A stretch of 64,000 nt of DNA, taken from contig JBHGNT010000021.1 in the NCBI GenBank assembly GCA_043228905.1, forward strand, positions 6,138,001-6,202,000. The letters are read 5' to 3'. Numbering within the stretch: the stretch's first letter is position 1; each line of letters starts with the position of its first letter. The DNA is from Azolla caroliniana. Taxonomy: Eukaryota > Plantae > Polypodiophyta. Made by a program: the position numbers and the translations under genes. Shown here in pieces: positions 1 to 12,552 of this stretch. The notes under the pieces are model-generated. The model was given only the letters and a program-made list of their open reading frames with translations, was not told the DNA's origin and made no database searches.

Positions 1-1
1 G

Positions 2-1825
2 ATGAAGAGCTCCAAGTCGACCGGTGAGGATCAACTCTACGAGGAGCAGTCCCGACCGGCAAGGGACCGGTTAGCACTCGAGGATCCGGCCGAAGACGGT
101 GAAGAAACAGAACCGGCCAAGGAAGATGAAACTGATACCGGAACCGGCCCCGATCCCGAAATGGATTCGGATGAAGAGGAAACGGAGGAGCCGGTTACCA
201 AAGCTCCGGAACGGAGATATCCTCTAAGAGAGAGAAGGGCCCCCCGGAGATTTCCGGAACCAGAGCACGTGCTGCTAACCGACGAGGGGGAGCCAGAGAG
301 TTTTGAAGAAGCAAAGCTTGACACCCAGAGCCGCAGGTGGTTAAGTGCCATGCAGGAGGAGATGGATTCCCTGCATGAGAACCACACATATGAACTTGTG
401 GAGTTGCCGAAAGGAAAGCGGGCACTTCGAAACAAGTGGGTGTTCAAGCTGAAACCGGGAGATGCCGGAAACCCCCCGAGATACAAAGCCAGGATCGTGG
501 TGAAGGGGTTCCAGCAGAAGAAGGGCGTCGACTTCGACGAGATATTTGCCCCGGTAGTGAAGATGACCTCCATCCGGACGGTGCTGAGCATAGCGGCAAG
601 CATGGACCTCGAGGTAGAACAGATGGACGTGAAGACGGCATTCCTTCACGGTGACCTCGAAGAAGAGATCTACATGCAGCAACCGGAAGGATTCGAGAAG
701 AAAGGAAAGGAGCACCTGGTATGCCGGTTGAAGAAGAGCCTTTACGGACTGAAGCAGGCTCCCCGGCAATGGTACCGGAAGTTCGACTCTTTCATGACCG
801 ACGAAGGGTACCACAAAACGCAGTCCGATCACTGCGTGTTTGTGAAGAAGTTCGAAGGAGGAAACTTTCTAATACTCCTCTTGTACGTGGACGACATGTT
901 GATCGTCGGACGGGACCAGGTCAAGATACGGATGCTGAAGAAAGCACTTCACCGAACCTTCTCAATGAAGGACTTGGGTCCGGCGAGGCAAATACTAGGG
1001 ATGCACATCATCCGGGACCGGAAGAAAAAGCAGTTGTGGCTGTCACAGGAGAAGTACGTGACAAAGGTGCTTCACTGGTTCAACATGTCGGAAGCAAGAC
1101 CGGTCGGGTCAACCCTCCCGGCAAACTGCAAGTTATCCAGCAAGCAAAGCCCCAAGACAAAGGCTGAGAAGGAGGACATGATGAAAGTACCATATGCCTC
1201 TGCCGTCGGAAGCTTGATGTACGCAATGGTGTGTACAAGACCGGACATAGGATATGCAGTCGGAGTGGTGAGCCGGTACATGAGCAATCCCGGCAAAGAG
1301 CACTGGAACGCGGCCAAGTGGATACTCCGATACCTGAAGGGCACGGCAAACGTGTGCCTCCGATTCGGCTCCGGTAAGCCCAAACTCGACGGCTTTACCG
1401 ATTCGGATATGTCGGCTGATGCAGATACCAGCCGGTCCACGTCAGGGTATGTGATGACGTATGCAGGGGGAGCTGTTTCGTGGCAGTCGAGGCTGCAGAA
1501 GACGGTTGCGTTGTCGACCACGGAGGCGGAGTACATGGCGGCTGTTGAAGCCGGCAAGGAAATAATATGGATGAAGGACTTCATTAGGGAGCTCGGTATC
1601 CGGCAGGAGGAGTACCGACTCTACTGCGACAGTCAGAGTGCCATCCACCTTGCGAAGAACGCGGCCTATCACTCACGGACGAAGCACATCCAGCGAAGAT
1701 ATCACTGGATCCGGGAAAGGATAGAAGACCAGGAGTTCGTGCTGACGAAGATCCACACGGACGAGAACGGGTCAGATATGCTGACCAAAGTGCTCACACC
1801 CGACAAGCTGGAAGCGTGCCGGAAG
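2..1825 (+). mobile_element. Ty1/Copia (Tnt1/Tork-like) polyprotein, RT + RNase H; 5' part lies outside the window; interrupted at 1825 by a DNA-element insertion
   Basis: ORF 2..1891 has Copia RT motifs (KARIVVKGF, QMDVKTAFLHG, LKKSLYGLKQAPRQW, LLLYVDDML) and RNase H motifs (FTDSD, STTEAEY, CDSQSAI, RTKHI). The residues after EACRK are read-through into the insertion. Confidence 0.97.
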
Positions 1826-2151
1826 CCCGGGGGCTTCACTTTGAAAACTTGTATGATAGCACGTGAGTTCATCAAAAGGAGTTTAAATTAACCATTGAGA
1901 TACAAAATGTATATATATAAGGGTATTAACAAATGCATAAAAAATATATTTACATAAGGGTATTATCAATTATGTTATAGAAAAAAATTACATAAGCCCA
2001 TGAAATATTAGATATTTCAATGAGATAATAAATAATATATTGTGCAAACAATAGTCAAATTTGGAGTGGCATCCATACATACATACATATACATGCATAC
2101 ATGCATATATGTACCTACATTTAAACATTACATCCATAAATATGTATATAC

Positions 2152-3520
2152 TGTGGTGTGCATGTGTTCCTTTGTGCCACCCTTTTAGCTCACTCTTTTT
2201 AGGATGCACGTGCCCAAAATGACCCACCCTTTTAGCACACCCTTTTTAGGATGCGTGTGCCAAAATGACCCACCCTTTTAGCACACCCTTTTTAGCCAAG
2301 CCAACCCAAATGGGTTCCGTTGTATCAACTATAAATTGATTAAGAAGTAAGAAGCTAAGGGGACTGGTTTTGATCTCTTATGTGCATTTCACATATTGGT
2401 GGAGACGACGGGGTACCAGTCCCCCACATCCAAGCATCCGCCTCTTCCGCTTCGTAGGTAGCATCACCCTCACCACCATCACCGACACTCTTGTTAGTCT
2501 CTTGTAGTAGTATCTCTTCTATTAGCACCGCCTTAGTTCACTAGTTAGGCCTCCCGATATCCACCGCTTTATCATCAACATCGCTTCATTGTGTCTATTT
2601 TTTAGTTTCTTTCGTGTTCGTGTTCGTGTTCGTGTTCAAGTTCCCGATGAGGGCCACACAAGGCCACTCACACTCCCGTTGGTGTTCGTGTTCCAGTTCC
2701 CGGTGAGGTCCGCACAAGGCCACTCACTCCCGTTGGTGTTCGTGTTCCAGTTCCCGGTGAGGGCCGCATGGTCGCTCACGCTTGTTCGTGTTCGAGTTCC
2801 CGGTGAGGGCCGCATGGTCGCTCATGCCCGTTGGTGTTCGAGTTCCTGATGAGGGCCACACATGGCTGCTCACTCCTGTTGGTGTTCATGTTCTAGTTCC
2901 TGGTGAGGGCCGCATGGTCGCTCACGCCCGTTCGTGTTCGAGTTCTCGATGAGGGCCGCACATGGCCGCTCACTCCGTTCGTGTTCCTGTTCCCAGTGAG
3001 GGCCGCATGGTCGCTCACTCCCGTTTGTGTTCCAATCTCCGGTGAGGACCGCACATGGCCGCTCACTCCAACTATTGTTCGTGTTCCAGATCCCGGTGAG
3101 GACCGCATGGTCGCTCATGCCCGTTGTTGTTCATGTTCCAGTTCTTGGTGAGGGCCACATGGTCACTCACTCGTTCGTGTTCCAATTCTCGGTGAGGACA
3201 ACATGGTTGCTCACGCCCGTTGGTGTTCGTGTTCCAACTCTCAGCGAGGACCGTTCCAGTTCCCGGCAAGGACCACACATGGTCACTCATGCCCCTCAAT
3301 CTCTTGTTTCTCGCAGGGGGGAAATGTGGTGTGCATGTGTTCCTTTGTGCCACCCTTTTAGCTCACCGTTTTTAGGATGCACGTGCCCAAAATGACCCAC
3401 CCTTTTAGCACACCCTTTTTAGCCAAGCCAACCCAAATGGGTTCCGTTGTATCAACTATAAATTGATTAAGAAGTAAGAAGCTAAGGAGACTGGTTTTGA
3501 TCTCTTATGTGCATTTCACA
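2152..3520 (+). mobile_element. TRIM-like non-autonomous LTR element (LTRs 2152-2393 and 3325-3520) with an internal minisatellite
   Basis: Near-identical TGTGG...TTCACA LTRs (the 5' copy has a ~46-bp internal duplication). PBS-like TGGTGGAGACGACGGGG at 2397 resembles the complement of a tRNA-Ala 3' end. PPT CAGGGGGGAAA; 4-bp TSD ATAC. Confidence 0.9.
2610..3295 (+). repeat. ~45-50 bp tandem repeat array (about 14 units) inside the TRIM
   Basis: Unit approx. GTTCGTGTTCCAGTTCCCGGTGAGGGCCGCATGGTCGCTCACGCCCGTTGGT. Confidence 0.9.
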
Positions 3521-4033
3521 ATACATACATTACACCCATTTATACATGCATATTGACTAAACAAGAATATATATACAAATATATATTATCATATGTAGAT
3601 ATGTACGTACACATACATAAATACAAATATGTAAATGCATACATGCTACATACATATTATAATAAGCCCATGAAATATTAGATATTTCAATGAGATAATA
3701 AATAATATATTGTGCAAACAATAGTCAAATTTGGAGTGGCATACATACATACATACATATACATGCATAGATGCATATATGTACCTACATTTAAACATTA
3801 CATCCATAAATATGTATATACATACATTACACCCATTTATACATGCATACTGACTAAACATGAATATGTATAGAAATATATATTACCATATGTAGATATG
3901 TACATACACATACATATTATAATAAGCCATATGTATTGACAAATGTTAATACATGCATAAAAAATTACATATTACATATCATATGATCCATTCATATTAC
4001 ACAATATACAAATTTACATACACTGCATTACAT

Positions 4034-4094
<61 letters not shown>

Positions 4095-4665
4095 GGTATA
4101 GGTTATATGGAACCATAAAACCTACAATACTTACATATATACATACATACACACACACACACACATCGGATATATGACTGCATATTACTTACATATTGAA
4201 AACATAAATTCATATACGATCCATACACATACTAGACATGAAAATATCCCAAAAATAATACATTACATATATACACATACGCACATTCATACATGTACAT
4301 GCATATATTCATTCATAGATTACTACACATATATACGTACATATGCCTACAATGTTACACATAAAAAATTTACAAACATACATCCATACACATACATACA
4401 TACATACATTACATATGTACATACATATCACCACATACACGAACATAGACACACACATGGTCATACACACTATAATAGTACATATATGCATACACATACA
4501 TACATTAGATATATACATACATATTATGCACATATTATAAACACACATCCCTGGACACATTAAATCATGTGCATTGACACGTGCATATATGCATACAGGT
4601 ACATACATACATATTCCACATATCACTATATATATAGGTCATACAGGGTCATACAAGTTACAATA

Positions 4666-4701
<36 letters not shown>

Positions 4702-4865
4702 ATATACTTATGCTTACACATACATTGGATAATATATGCATGCATATTATGTGATATTGCAAACATACATCCATATATGAGCCATACACATACTAAACAT
4801 GATAAATACACCGAAAATATACATACATGAATACATGACATATTACATGTATACACATATATGCA
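3521..4865. repeat. AT-rich (TACA)/(CA)/(TA) low-complexity DNA, including a tandem duplicate (~3660-3930) of the TRIM insertion site
   Basis: ~3660-3930 repeats 1990-2151 joined to 3525-3660; microsatellites at ~4030-4095 and ~4670-4698. Confidence 0.85.
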
Positions 4866-7800
4866 TTATTTATTTATTTATTTATTTATTTATAAAGATA
4901 TCCTGTCATTAGTATAGTCATTTTACAAGATTCAAAGTTCTATGTAATTGGGGGGGGAAACAACCATTTCGGAGGTTGATAATGCCAATAAGGAGTACCA
5001 CAGTTGGCTGTCATGAATGGAGAAGGTTTCCATATAGTGATAAACTCATGCCGTTGAGCAATCTTAGCATCAGAGTCACCAATAATACCATCCCATTGGC
5101 CCTTCAAAGTATGCACTATGTCTAACCAAATATTTGAGACCAATTCGGCCGGTGGTGTTTTCAGTTGTTGGAAAATAAGAGAGCACCTAGTCTTCCAAAT
5201 ATGATATATAGTGGTACTACTCAATATCTCCCATACTGGTTGGACTTCCTTTCGTATTCCTGTAAACTGTAGTGACAACAATGGTACTTTATGTACTCTT
5301 CCAAATTTAGTGCAAAATCCATGGTCCATTGAGTCGTTATCATAATGAAATACATCACGGACAAGAGATGTCCAAACCACCATACCCCAAGTGAAAACCA
5401 ACGGGGAGAAATAATTAGCAAAAATTCTAAGGAGACGTTGCCATATCAATTGAGACTCAATACATTCCCATAAGCAATGTTTGTGAGTTTCCATTTGTAA
5501 ACGACATCGTGCGCAAGTAGACTCTACTCCCATCCTATGCAGCCAGGTGCCAACTGGCAAGGCTCGATGTACAAGCAACAACTGTACATGCAATATTTGG
5601 TGTGGCTGTTTTCTAGCCCATAACACTACCCAAAAATTTGCCAGGAATTGGGGAGTAATACCTTGTTGATTCCAAAATTGAAAAGCAGCCGGTGTCACAT
5701 CTCGTATATCTGAAAGCACATGTCTTCCTAACTGTACAGAATATTGGAAGAAATTAAATTTGTTACCCGTAAAAGGGTCTGTCCACTGATAATCCATTGG
5801 GTCCCATTCTAATCTGAAAACCGGTATTTTAGCCAACACCCACAACTTCCAATGTGCCTTTATTTCCCCAAGCATTGGGTCAATGTACCATTTCCGGTCA
5901 GCATATCCGATGATTCTTATCTTGTGTTCCATAGCATAAGGGTAATCTATCCTCATTTCCCCGGATTGTGTCAATTGGTTTGCTTCATCCACCTCAAAGG
6001 ATCGGTAGGTCTTATCATCTGAATATCCTTTAACAGCCAAGAGTACTTCCAATCTTGAAAAGACCCCAACCCATCTGTGATTAGAGTTATTGGGTGGAAT
6101 AGGAAATCTACTCATAGCCTCTTGAATTTGTTGGTACATTATTTGTCCCCCATGCATACTACCTAGGATTTCTTTTTGTTCTTCCCATGACCTTGATAAA
6201 AAACGTTGCCATGTCTGAACAGTTTTTGCAGGACCTTCTGCCATTTTTCCCCATGATAACCATTGTCTAGAACCCAACAACGAACCATCTGATGTTGTAA
6301 ACAACGGATTCCAAACTATCCTTTGTCTAATATACTCAATATAATGATTGGGCTTAGGTTTATTGCGAAGCAAACCAGGTAATACTTGTTTCCATGCCAA
6401 AAATACTGTTCTAATAAACCTGTCTTCCCACTTGTTAGCTGCAGGTACTCTGAAATTTTCCCTAAATATCCAGTTTACATCCTTAGACCAAGGGGCACCT
6501 AATCGAGGAAAGCAGTCTGAACAGTGGTCGAGTAATAGTATTTTCCATATCTCTTTCCCCGGCGTAAATCCTCTAATGAGCAACTTACTTAATAGTGCTC
6601 TTGATTGGTCTACTGGATCAATAATACTTAGGCCTCCTTTAGAGCGAGGTAAGGTAATAACATCCCATTTTACTTTAGACCGAGCATTTCCTTCCGATTT
6701 GCCAGACCATAGAAAATTACGAATCAATCTGCGTATTTTCAGAATACATGACTTGGAGAATATCCAACATGACAAAACATACCATGTTGACGCCAATAAC
6801 ACCTGATTGGCAACTATAACCCTACCAGCAAAAGACAACTTAGCTGAACTCCATAATAACAGTTTTTGCCTCAAAGACAATAAGAGGGGAGCCACTTGAT
6901 TTTCCATCGAAAGATCAACACCTATAGTACATCCTAGGTACCGAACTGGGCAACCTGATGGTATCCATCGAAATTGCGGGTGCGGGTTCCATAACGGAGG
7001 ATTTACATCTCCCACCCAAAATGCAAAGGACTTGTTCCAATTAACCAATGCACCTGAAGCCTTACAGAATGTGGATATGGCCACTTCTGTTTTTTCCAAA
7101 TTTTCCAAATCACCTTTTAAGTATAGGGCAGTGTCATCTGCAAATTCAGCATCCCTTACTTCTATATGTGAGAGTGGAATGCATAGTCCACGTATACCAA
7201 TATCAGCAGCATTCAAAAAAGAAATCATTGCCTCAGCAAAAAACAGGAATAGAAAGGGAGCCAGTGGACAACCCTGACGAACTGATCGAGAAATATAAAA
7301 CAAAGGGCCATAATCTCCAGCCAACAAGACTCGGCTTTGTGCAGCATTATATAATGAGGAAATACCTTTTATCCATTCTTTTGAAAATCCAAAGCGAATC
7401 AATACCCCTTGTAAAAATTCCCAGTCAACACGATCATATGCTTTCTCAAAATCAAGCATAAGAACAACCAACTTTTGATTAGATTTAGTTGCCAAGGCCA
7501 CAGATTCCCAAAATGTGTACACATTATCCAAAATACTTCTTTCTCGAATGAATCCTGTTTGAGTCGGATGTATAACTGTAGGCATTATGGTGCTGAGTCA
7601 TATACTAATTGCTTTAGCCAAAATTTTATACACTGTATTTAGTAGTGTAATCGGCCGCCATTTCTTGATGTCGAGTGAAGGACCGTCTGATTTAGGAATA
7701 AGATAAATCAATCCTTCTGTAAACTGAGAAGGCATCCTACCCTCGCGAAGAATTTGCTGAAATGCTGTGCATAAATCTGCTTTGAATACGTCCCAATATT

Positions 7801-8593
7801 TAATAAAAAATGTTGGGGTTAGACCATCCACACCTGGACAACAATTTTTAGGCAAAGCGTGAAGCGCTTCAGTTAATTCATGACATGTAAGAACATCTTG
7901 AAGACTTGCATTCATATCCTCTGTTATTCTTGACTTCAACTTATTCCATACATGTGACCGACATACTAATTCTTCATCAGAGAAAGAAACAGCTGATAGT
8001 AGGTTAGAATAGTATCTTGTGGCTATTTCTCTCATTACTTGAGAATCAGATGAGATGGTCCCATTCTCATGTTGTAGTTGTTTGATTGAAACCGCATTAT
8101 AATTAGGTCTCTTTGAATGAAAAAACTCAACTGTACATTTGTCACCCACTTGGGTCCAATTAGCTGCCCTACGATGATATTGAAATTCTGCACGCTTTTC
8201 TAATAGTTCAGCTAGTTCTTGTTTTGTTGACCCACGTTTCTCGGCAATCCAAGTACAGTGTGGGTAACGTTCTTGTAACCGTTGCAAGGAAACAAGAGAA
8301 GCACGAGACCTTTTCTCCCTTTCTTTCATCATAGCAAACCTTTCCTTAGATTTACACCTGAAAAATTCTGAAATTCTTTGTAGGCCATTAGCTACCCGCA
8401 TAGTCATTGATTCTTGCCCAACATCTTTTTGCGACCATAAATCAATCACCTGTGATGAGAAATTATTGTCTAACAATAGCTCTTCAGGAATCTTCAGATT
8501 GACAAATTCTTTATTCTTTTGAGTCGAGAGTGAAAGAATAATTGGAGCATGATCAGAAAAGGTAGTTCCTGGCATTATATGCACGGTACCCGT

Positions 8594-11500
8594 TGTCGTA
8601 GTGTATTTCGTACACTACGTGAAAAAGTAAAAATAATATAACCGATTTAATTACATATAAATAAATAAAATAAGAATATCAAGATATTTATCACGTGCAT
8701 AAGGCAAGATTTGAACCTTGTACCTCCACGTAGCCAAACCTCAACTTTACCATTATACTACCTTATCTTTAGTGTTCTATAAATAGATTTAATAACTATA
8801 AGTGCTTTATTTGCGCCTACCTTTATTAAAAGGTAAATCGTGCATTTTTAGAGTGTGTGAATATTTTATAGAAAAAACGCAAGCAACTAAAAAGTGACTC
8901 GTGCACATCTAGCGTGCATGAGCACTATATTTAGCAAATAAAAGCAAGGATTAGAAAAGCATCACATGCATATTTAGTGTGCATGAACATATTAGAAAAA
9001 AAGCATGTAGCTATGCTTAGTCTCTCCCATCACTACATAAGGATGGGGAGCACAATGTAATAGGTGTGTGAAATATTTGGAAATTGGATATATTTCCGAA
9101 AACACCAACCGATTAATATAATCGTGGGATTCACGAAAATAATATAATCTATACTTGTGGGATTCACAAGTTTCTTATATCTTTCTTTCAATCTAAATAC
9201 ATATTCTTATCTAAATATTGAATAATCGAATAAAATACACTCGTGGGATTCACGAAATTTCTCTTTCTAATAATCTATTCATTACTAGCCTCATCTCATA
9301 TTCTTCTTTCTCCTAGTCCAAAACCTCGGCGGTTCCCACCCGACTCACGCAACGATCCGGAGCCGAAAGGCACGACACAGTTGGTGAACCCGACGTGAAG
9401 GCGGGTGGCAAGGAGATGGAGAATCAACAAGAGGCAATGAGTATAACAATGATGATGATGTTCGAGCGGATGCTACAAGAACAACGAGTGATGTCGGAGA
9501 TCACGGGGGCAGTAAAGCGGCTCGTACAACGAAACGGACAATTCAACGGAAACGATCTGTCACGCTATCTACATGACTACAAGGCGGAGATGATACGATG
9601 TGGGATACCGGAAGGATTGCAAGTGACATCCTTCAATCGGGTGGCCACGGATGAGCTACAAGAGAGAATCCACAAGATACGGCAACAAAACTCGACATGG
9701 GGGTCATTCGAAGAAGCTTTACGAGAGGCATATGATTACAAGAGATCGAAGGGAAAAGATCGGCGAGAATTCGACGAATGGGTGGCATCGGAGAAGACCC
9801 ACCGAAGTGCAACACAAGCATTCCTAGAGTTCGAGCATCGTTTTGCTCGACTCTCGGAGCGGGAACAACGATTGGTGGGAGAAGATAAAGTCCTAATGTT
9901 CGTAAAATCGATCGATCGAAAAGAAAGGATAGACATCGGGATCGAACTCGAAGACGATGAAGGTACGAATGGTCTTACCGAAGATTGGGCCGAAGTCCAA
10001 AGGGTATGCCGGAGACATGATGAGAGGAAGATGAGAATCTTGTCAACGACATGGCCGATGAAGGATGGTCGATTGAAGACAAACGATGGAGCCGATATGA
10101 AGGCCGAAATACAACATGATGGTGCGACGGAAGAGGGTGTAAAACAAGCTACCCTCTTGTCTTGCGAAAGAACGACGACGAAGGATAAGGCCGATAACCC
10201 AAGTGTAGAAGAAGATTTCGGAATACAAGTGTCCGAAACATCAGGTGAAAAAGGGGTAAGCATAATTGATGTTTCCATAATTGATGCAGTGAAAGAGAGC
10301 AAGGAGGACTTGATTGAGGAGGTCACCAAGAAAGATGACATCGAATCGAAGGTGGCTATGGACGAATCAATGGCGGATGGCCATATCGAGATTTCTCCAC
10401 CACTGATTCCAGAGACTCCAGCGGTTGCGTTCGAAAGGCAACGTGAGACCGAAGAGACGGAAGGTGGTGGAGAGAAAACAAAGGTCGAAGCCGATTCATA
10501 CGACGGAGAGATAGCCGAGAAGGAGGCTATGGTTGAAATGACAGAGGATGATAATACCGAGGATTCCTACCCACTAATTCTAGAGACTTCGGCGGTTGTG
10601 TCCGAGAACCAACGTGAGACCGGAGAGACAGGAGGTGGCGGCAAGAAAGGTAAAGTCGGAAGCCGGTTCGGATGGAAGGTGATCCGGACAGGATTCCGAT
10701 CCGAAAGAAAGCCGAACCGGGTAAAAGAGGATTCGACCGAAAGTCGACCCGAAAGAAAGCCGAACCGAAAGGAAGAGAATTCAGCCGAAAGACGACACAA
10801 ACGAGACCGATCCGGAAAGAAGCTAATCCGACTCAACTGGGGGTTGGACCGGTCGAGGCTGGTGAAAACGAGGAAAAGAAAGCCAACCGAAACCAAAACC
10901 GATAGATCGAAACCGGGCCGGAAGGAGACCGACTCAATCGAAACCGAACAACCGATTCCGATTCGGCCGAATACGAATCCGATCGGAAGCCGATCAAACC
11001 AAAAGTCGATCGGACGAGAGCGATCCGGAAAAAAGTCAAGGTTGATGAAGACAACAAAGAGGCCAGTAAAAGACACTACCACGAATGACAAGGGCCAAGA
11101 ATATGATGAGAGAGAACAAGGAATATGGTGGATCGGATGGCGACAATGGTTCGGGTGGAAAGAATGGGTCTACTCAAAATGGAGAGACAAAGTTGACATA
11201 GCGGGACAAACGGAGGATGAAGGGGAGACAACGAGCATCGGCAACTTCGGCACATACCGGAGGATGTGCGGGTTCGGAGGGGGCGAGTGTCGTAGTGTAT
11301 TTCGTACACTACGTGAAAAAGTAAAAATAATATAACCAATTTAATTACATATAAATAAATAAAATAAGAATATCAAGATATTTATCACGTGCATAGGGCA
11401 AGATTTGAACCTTGTACCTCCACGTAGCCAAACCTCAACTTTACCATTATACTACCTTATCTTTAGTGTTCTATAAATAGATTTAATAACTATAAGTGCT

Positions 11501-12071
11501 TTATTTGCGCCTACCTTTATTAAAAGGTAAATCGTGCATTTTTAGAGTGTGTGAATATTTTATAGAAAAAACGCAAGCAACTAAAAAGTGACTCGTGCAC
11601 ATCTAGCGTGCATGAGCACTATATTTAGCAAATAAAAGCAAGGATTAGAAAAGCATCACATGCATATTTAGTGTGCATGAACATATTAGAAAAAAAGCAT
11701 GTAGCTATGCTTAGTCTCTCCCATCACTACATAAGGATGGGGAGCACAATGTAATAGGTGTGTGAAATATTTGGAAATTGGATATATTTCCGAAAACACC
11801 AACCGATTAATATAATCGTGGGATTCACGAAAATAATATAATCTATACTTGTGGGATTCACAAGTTTCTTATATCTTTCTTTCAATCTAAATACATATTC
11901 TTATCTAAATATTGAATAATCGAATAAAATACACTCGTGGGATTCACGAAATTTCTCTTTCTAATAATCTATTCATTACTAGCCTCATCTCATATTCTTC
12001 TTTCTCCTAGCCCAAAACCTCGGCGGTTCCCACCCGACTCACGCAACGATCCGGAGCCGAAAGGCACGACA
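8594..12071 (+). mobile_element. Gag-only non-autonomous LTR retrotransposon (TR-GAG-like) with 784-bp LTRs at 8594-9377 and 11288-12071
   Basis: LTRs TGTCGTAG...CACGACA differ at only about 3 positions by eye. PBS TGGTGAACCCGACGTGAA (9382-9399) is complementary to the plant tRNA-Trp 3' end. PPT GGAGGGGGCGAG; TSD CCGT/CAGT (1 mismatch). Confidence 0.93.
9416..11335 (+). CDS. Gag-like protein (~640 aa): capsid-like N-terminus, acidic middle, basic/Trp-rich C-terminus; no pol motifs
   Basis: Uninterrupted ORF from just after the PBS into the 3' LTR. N-terminus FNGNDLSRYLHDYKAEM...WGSFEEALREAY is Gag-like (inference). No protease, YxDD or integrase motifs. Confidence 0.7.
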   Translation: MENQQEAMSITMMMMFERMLQEQRVMSEITGAVKRLVQRNGQFNGNDLSRYLHDYKAEMIRCGIPEGLQVTSFNRVATDELQERIHKIRQQNSTWGSFEEALREAYDYKRSKGKDRREFDEWVASEKTHRSATQAFLEFEHRFARLSEREQRLVGEDKVLMFVKSIDRKERIDIGIELEDDEGTNGLTEDWAEVQRVCRRHDERKMRILSTTWPMKDGRLKTNDGADMKAEIQHDGATEEGVKQATLLSCERTTTKDKADNPSVEEDFGIQVSETSGEKGVSIIDVSIIDAVKESKEDLIEEVTKKDDIESKVAMDESMADGHIEISPPLIPETPAVAFERQRETEETEGGGEKTKVEADSYDGEIAEKEAMVEMTEDDNTEDSYPLILETSAVVSENQRETGETGGGGKKGKVGSRFGWKVIRTGFRSERKPNRVKEDSTESRPERKPNRKEENSAERRHKRDRSGKKLIRLNWGLDRSRLVKTRKRKPTETKTDRSKPGRKETDSIETEQPIPIRPNTNPIGSRSNQKSIGRERSGKKSRLMKTTKRPVKDTTTNDKGQEYDEREQGIWWIGWRQWFGWKEWVYSKWRDKVDIAGQTEDEGETTSIGNFGTYRRMCGFGGGECRSVFRTLREKVKII

Positions 12072-12206
12072 CAGTTGCTGAAATAAATTTGCCAGATAAA
12101 TAAATTTTCCGGAGAGAGAGAGAGAGAGATTCATCTTTGTTAACTTCTTCTCTTTCTTTTTCTCACAGAGGAACAAGATAGAGAGAGACAAGGTTTACTT
12201 GTAACT

Positions 12207-12552
12207 ATGGACATCTTCACCTTCATCGGCAGAAGTGGCGGTGGCTCTTGGAGTGCTAAGCAACACCTTGCTTCTGAGGATGGAGTTTGCCTTGAGGGAT
12301 CCGCAGATTCTTCCTTCAATCTTTAGCACTTGCTTATGAAGCTCTCTCTCTCTTTTCTGACACTTTTGGATTGGTTTTCCAGATAATCATTGGTGGTGGA
12401 GGAGGGGCGGCTTTGTGTCTAGTGGAGCAATAACATCGGTTGGGGGTGGGGTAGGGGGTAGTGGTGGTGCTCCTATTGTAGAAGAGAAGGAAGAAGTAAA
12501 AGAGAAACAAGAAAAAAGAGATGATGATATGGGATTCTCGTTGTTTGATTAT
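12207..12552 (+). pseudogene. RPP3: Decayed copy of plant 60S acidic ribosomal protein P3
   Basis: MDIFTFIGRSGGGSWSAKQH...LEGSADSSFNL* resembles the P3 N-terminus (MGVFTFVC...WTAKQ). FQIIIGGGGG linker and C-terminal EEKEE...DDDMGFSLFD. Contains stops and frameshifts. Confidence 0.85.

Larger units (their letters stand above)
4866..12112 (-). mobile_element. 5'-truncated LINE (L1/Tx1-like) ORF2: end of endonuclease, RT, zf-RVT; (TAAA)n 3' tail; interrupted by the LTR element at 8594-12071
   Basis: ORFs 8584-7598 and 7585-4940 are in one frame, separated by a single TGA. Motifs: SDH, PGVDGL, WRPITLLN, LDFEKAYDRV, RQGCPLAP, FADDT, YLG, CARC...ETHKHCLWEC. Sequence at 12076-12111 extends the EN frame (RKIYLSGKFISA-TGTVHIMPGTTFSDH). 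(TTTA)n at 4866-4892. Confidence 0.92.

Noticed and set aside
2610-3295. Hairpin-containing repeat array as a CRISPR-like locus
   Set aside because: Units are contiguous degenerate tandem repeats without unique spacers, there are no cas genes, and the context is a eukaryotic TRIM.
3953-4626. His/Tyr/Ile/Thr-rich ORFs
   Set aside because: Translations of (TACA)/(CA)/(TA) low-complexity DNA.
8703-8762. Functional tRNA gene
   Set aside because: A and B boxes and a T-arm are present, but there is no convincing acceptor or anticodon stem. Reported only as a tRNA-like cassette.
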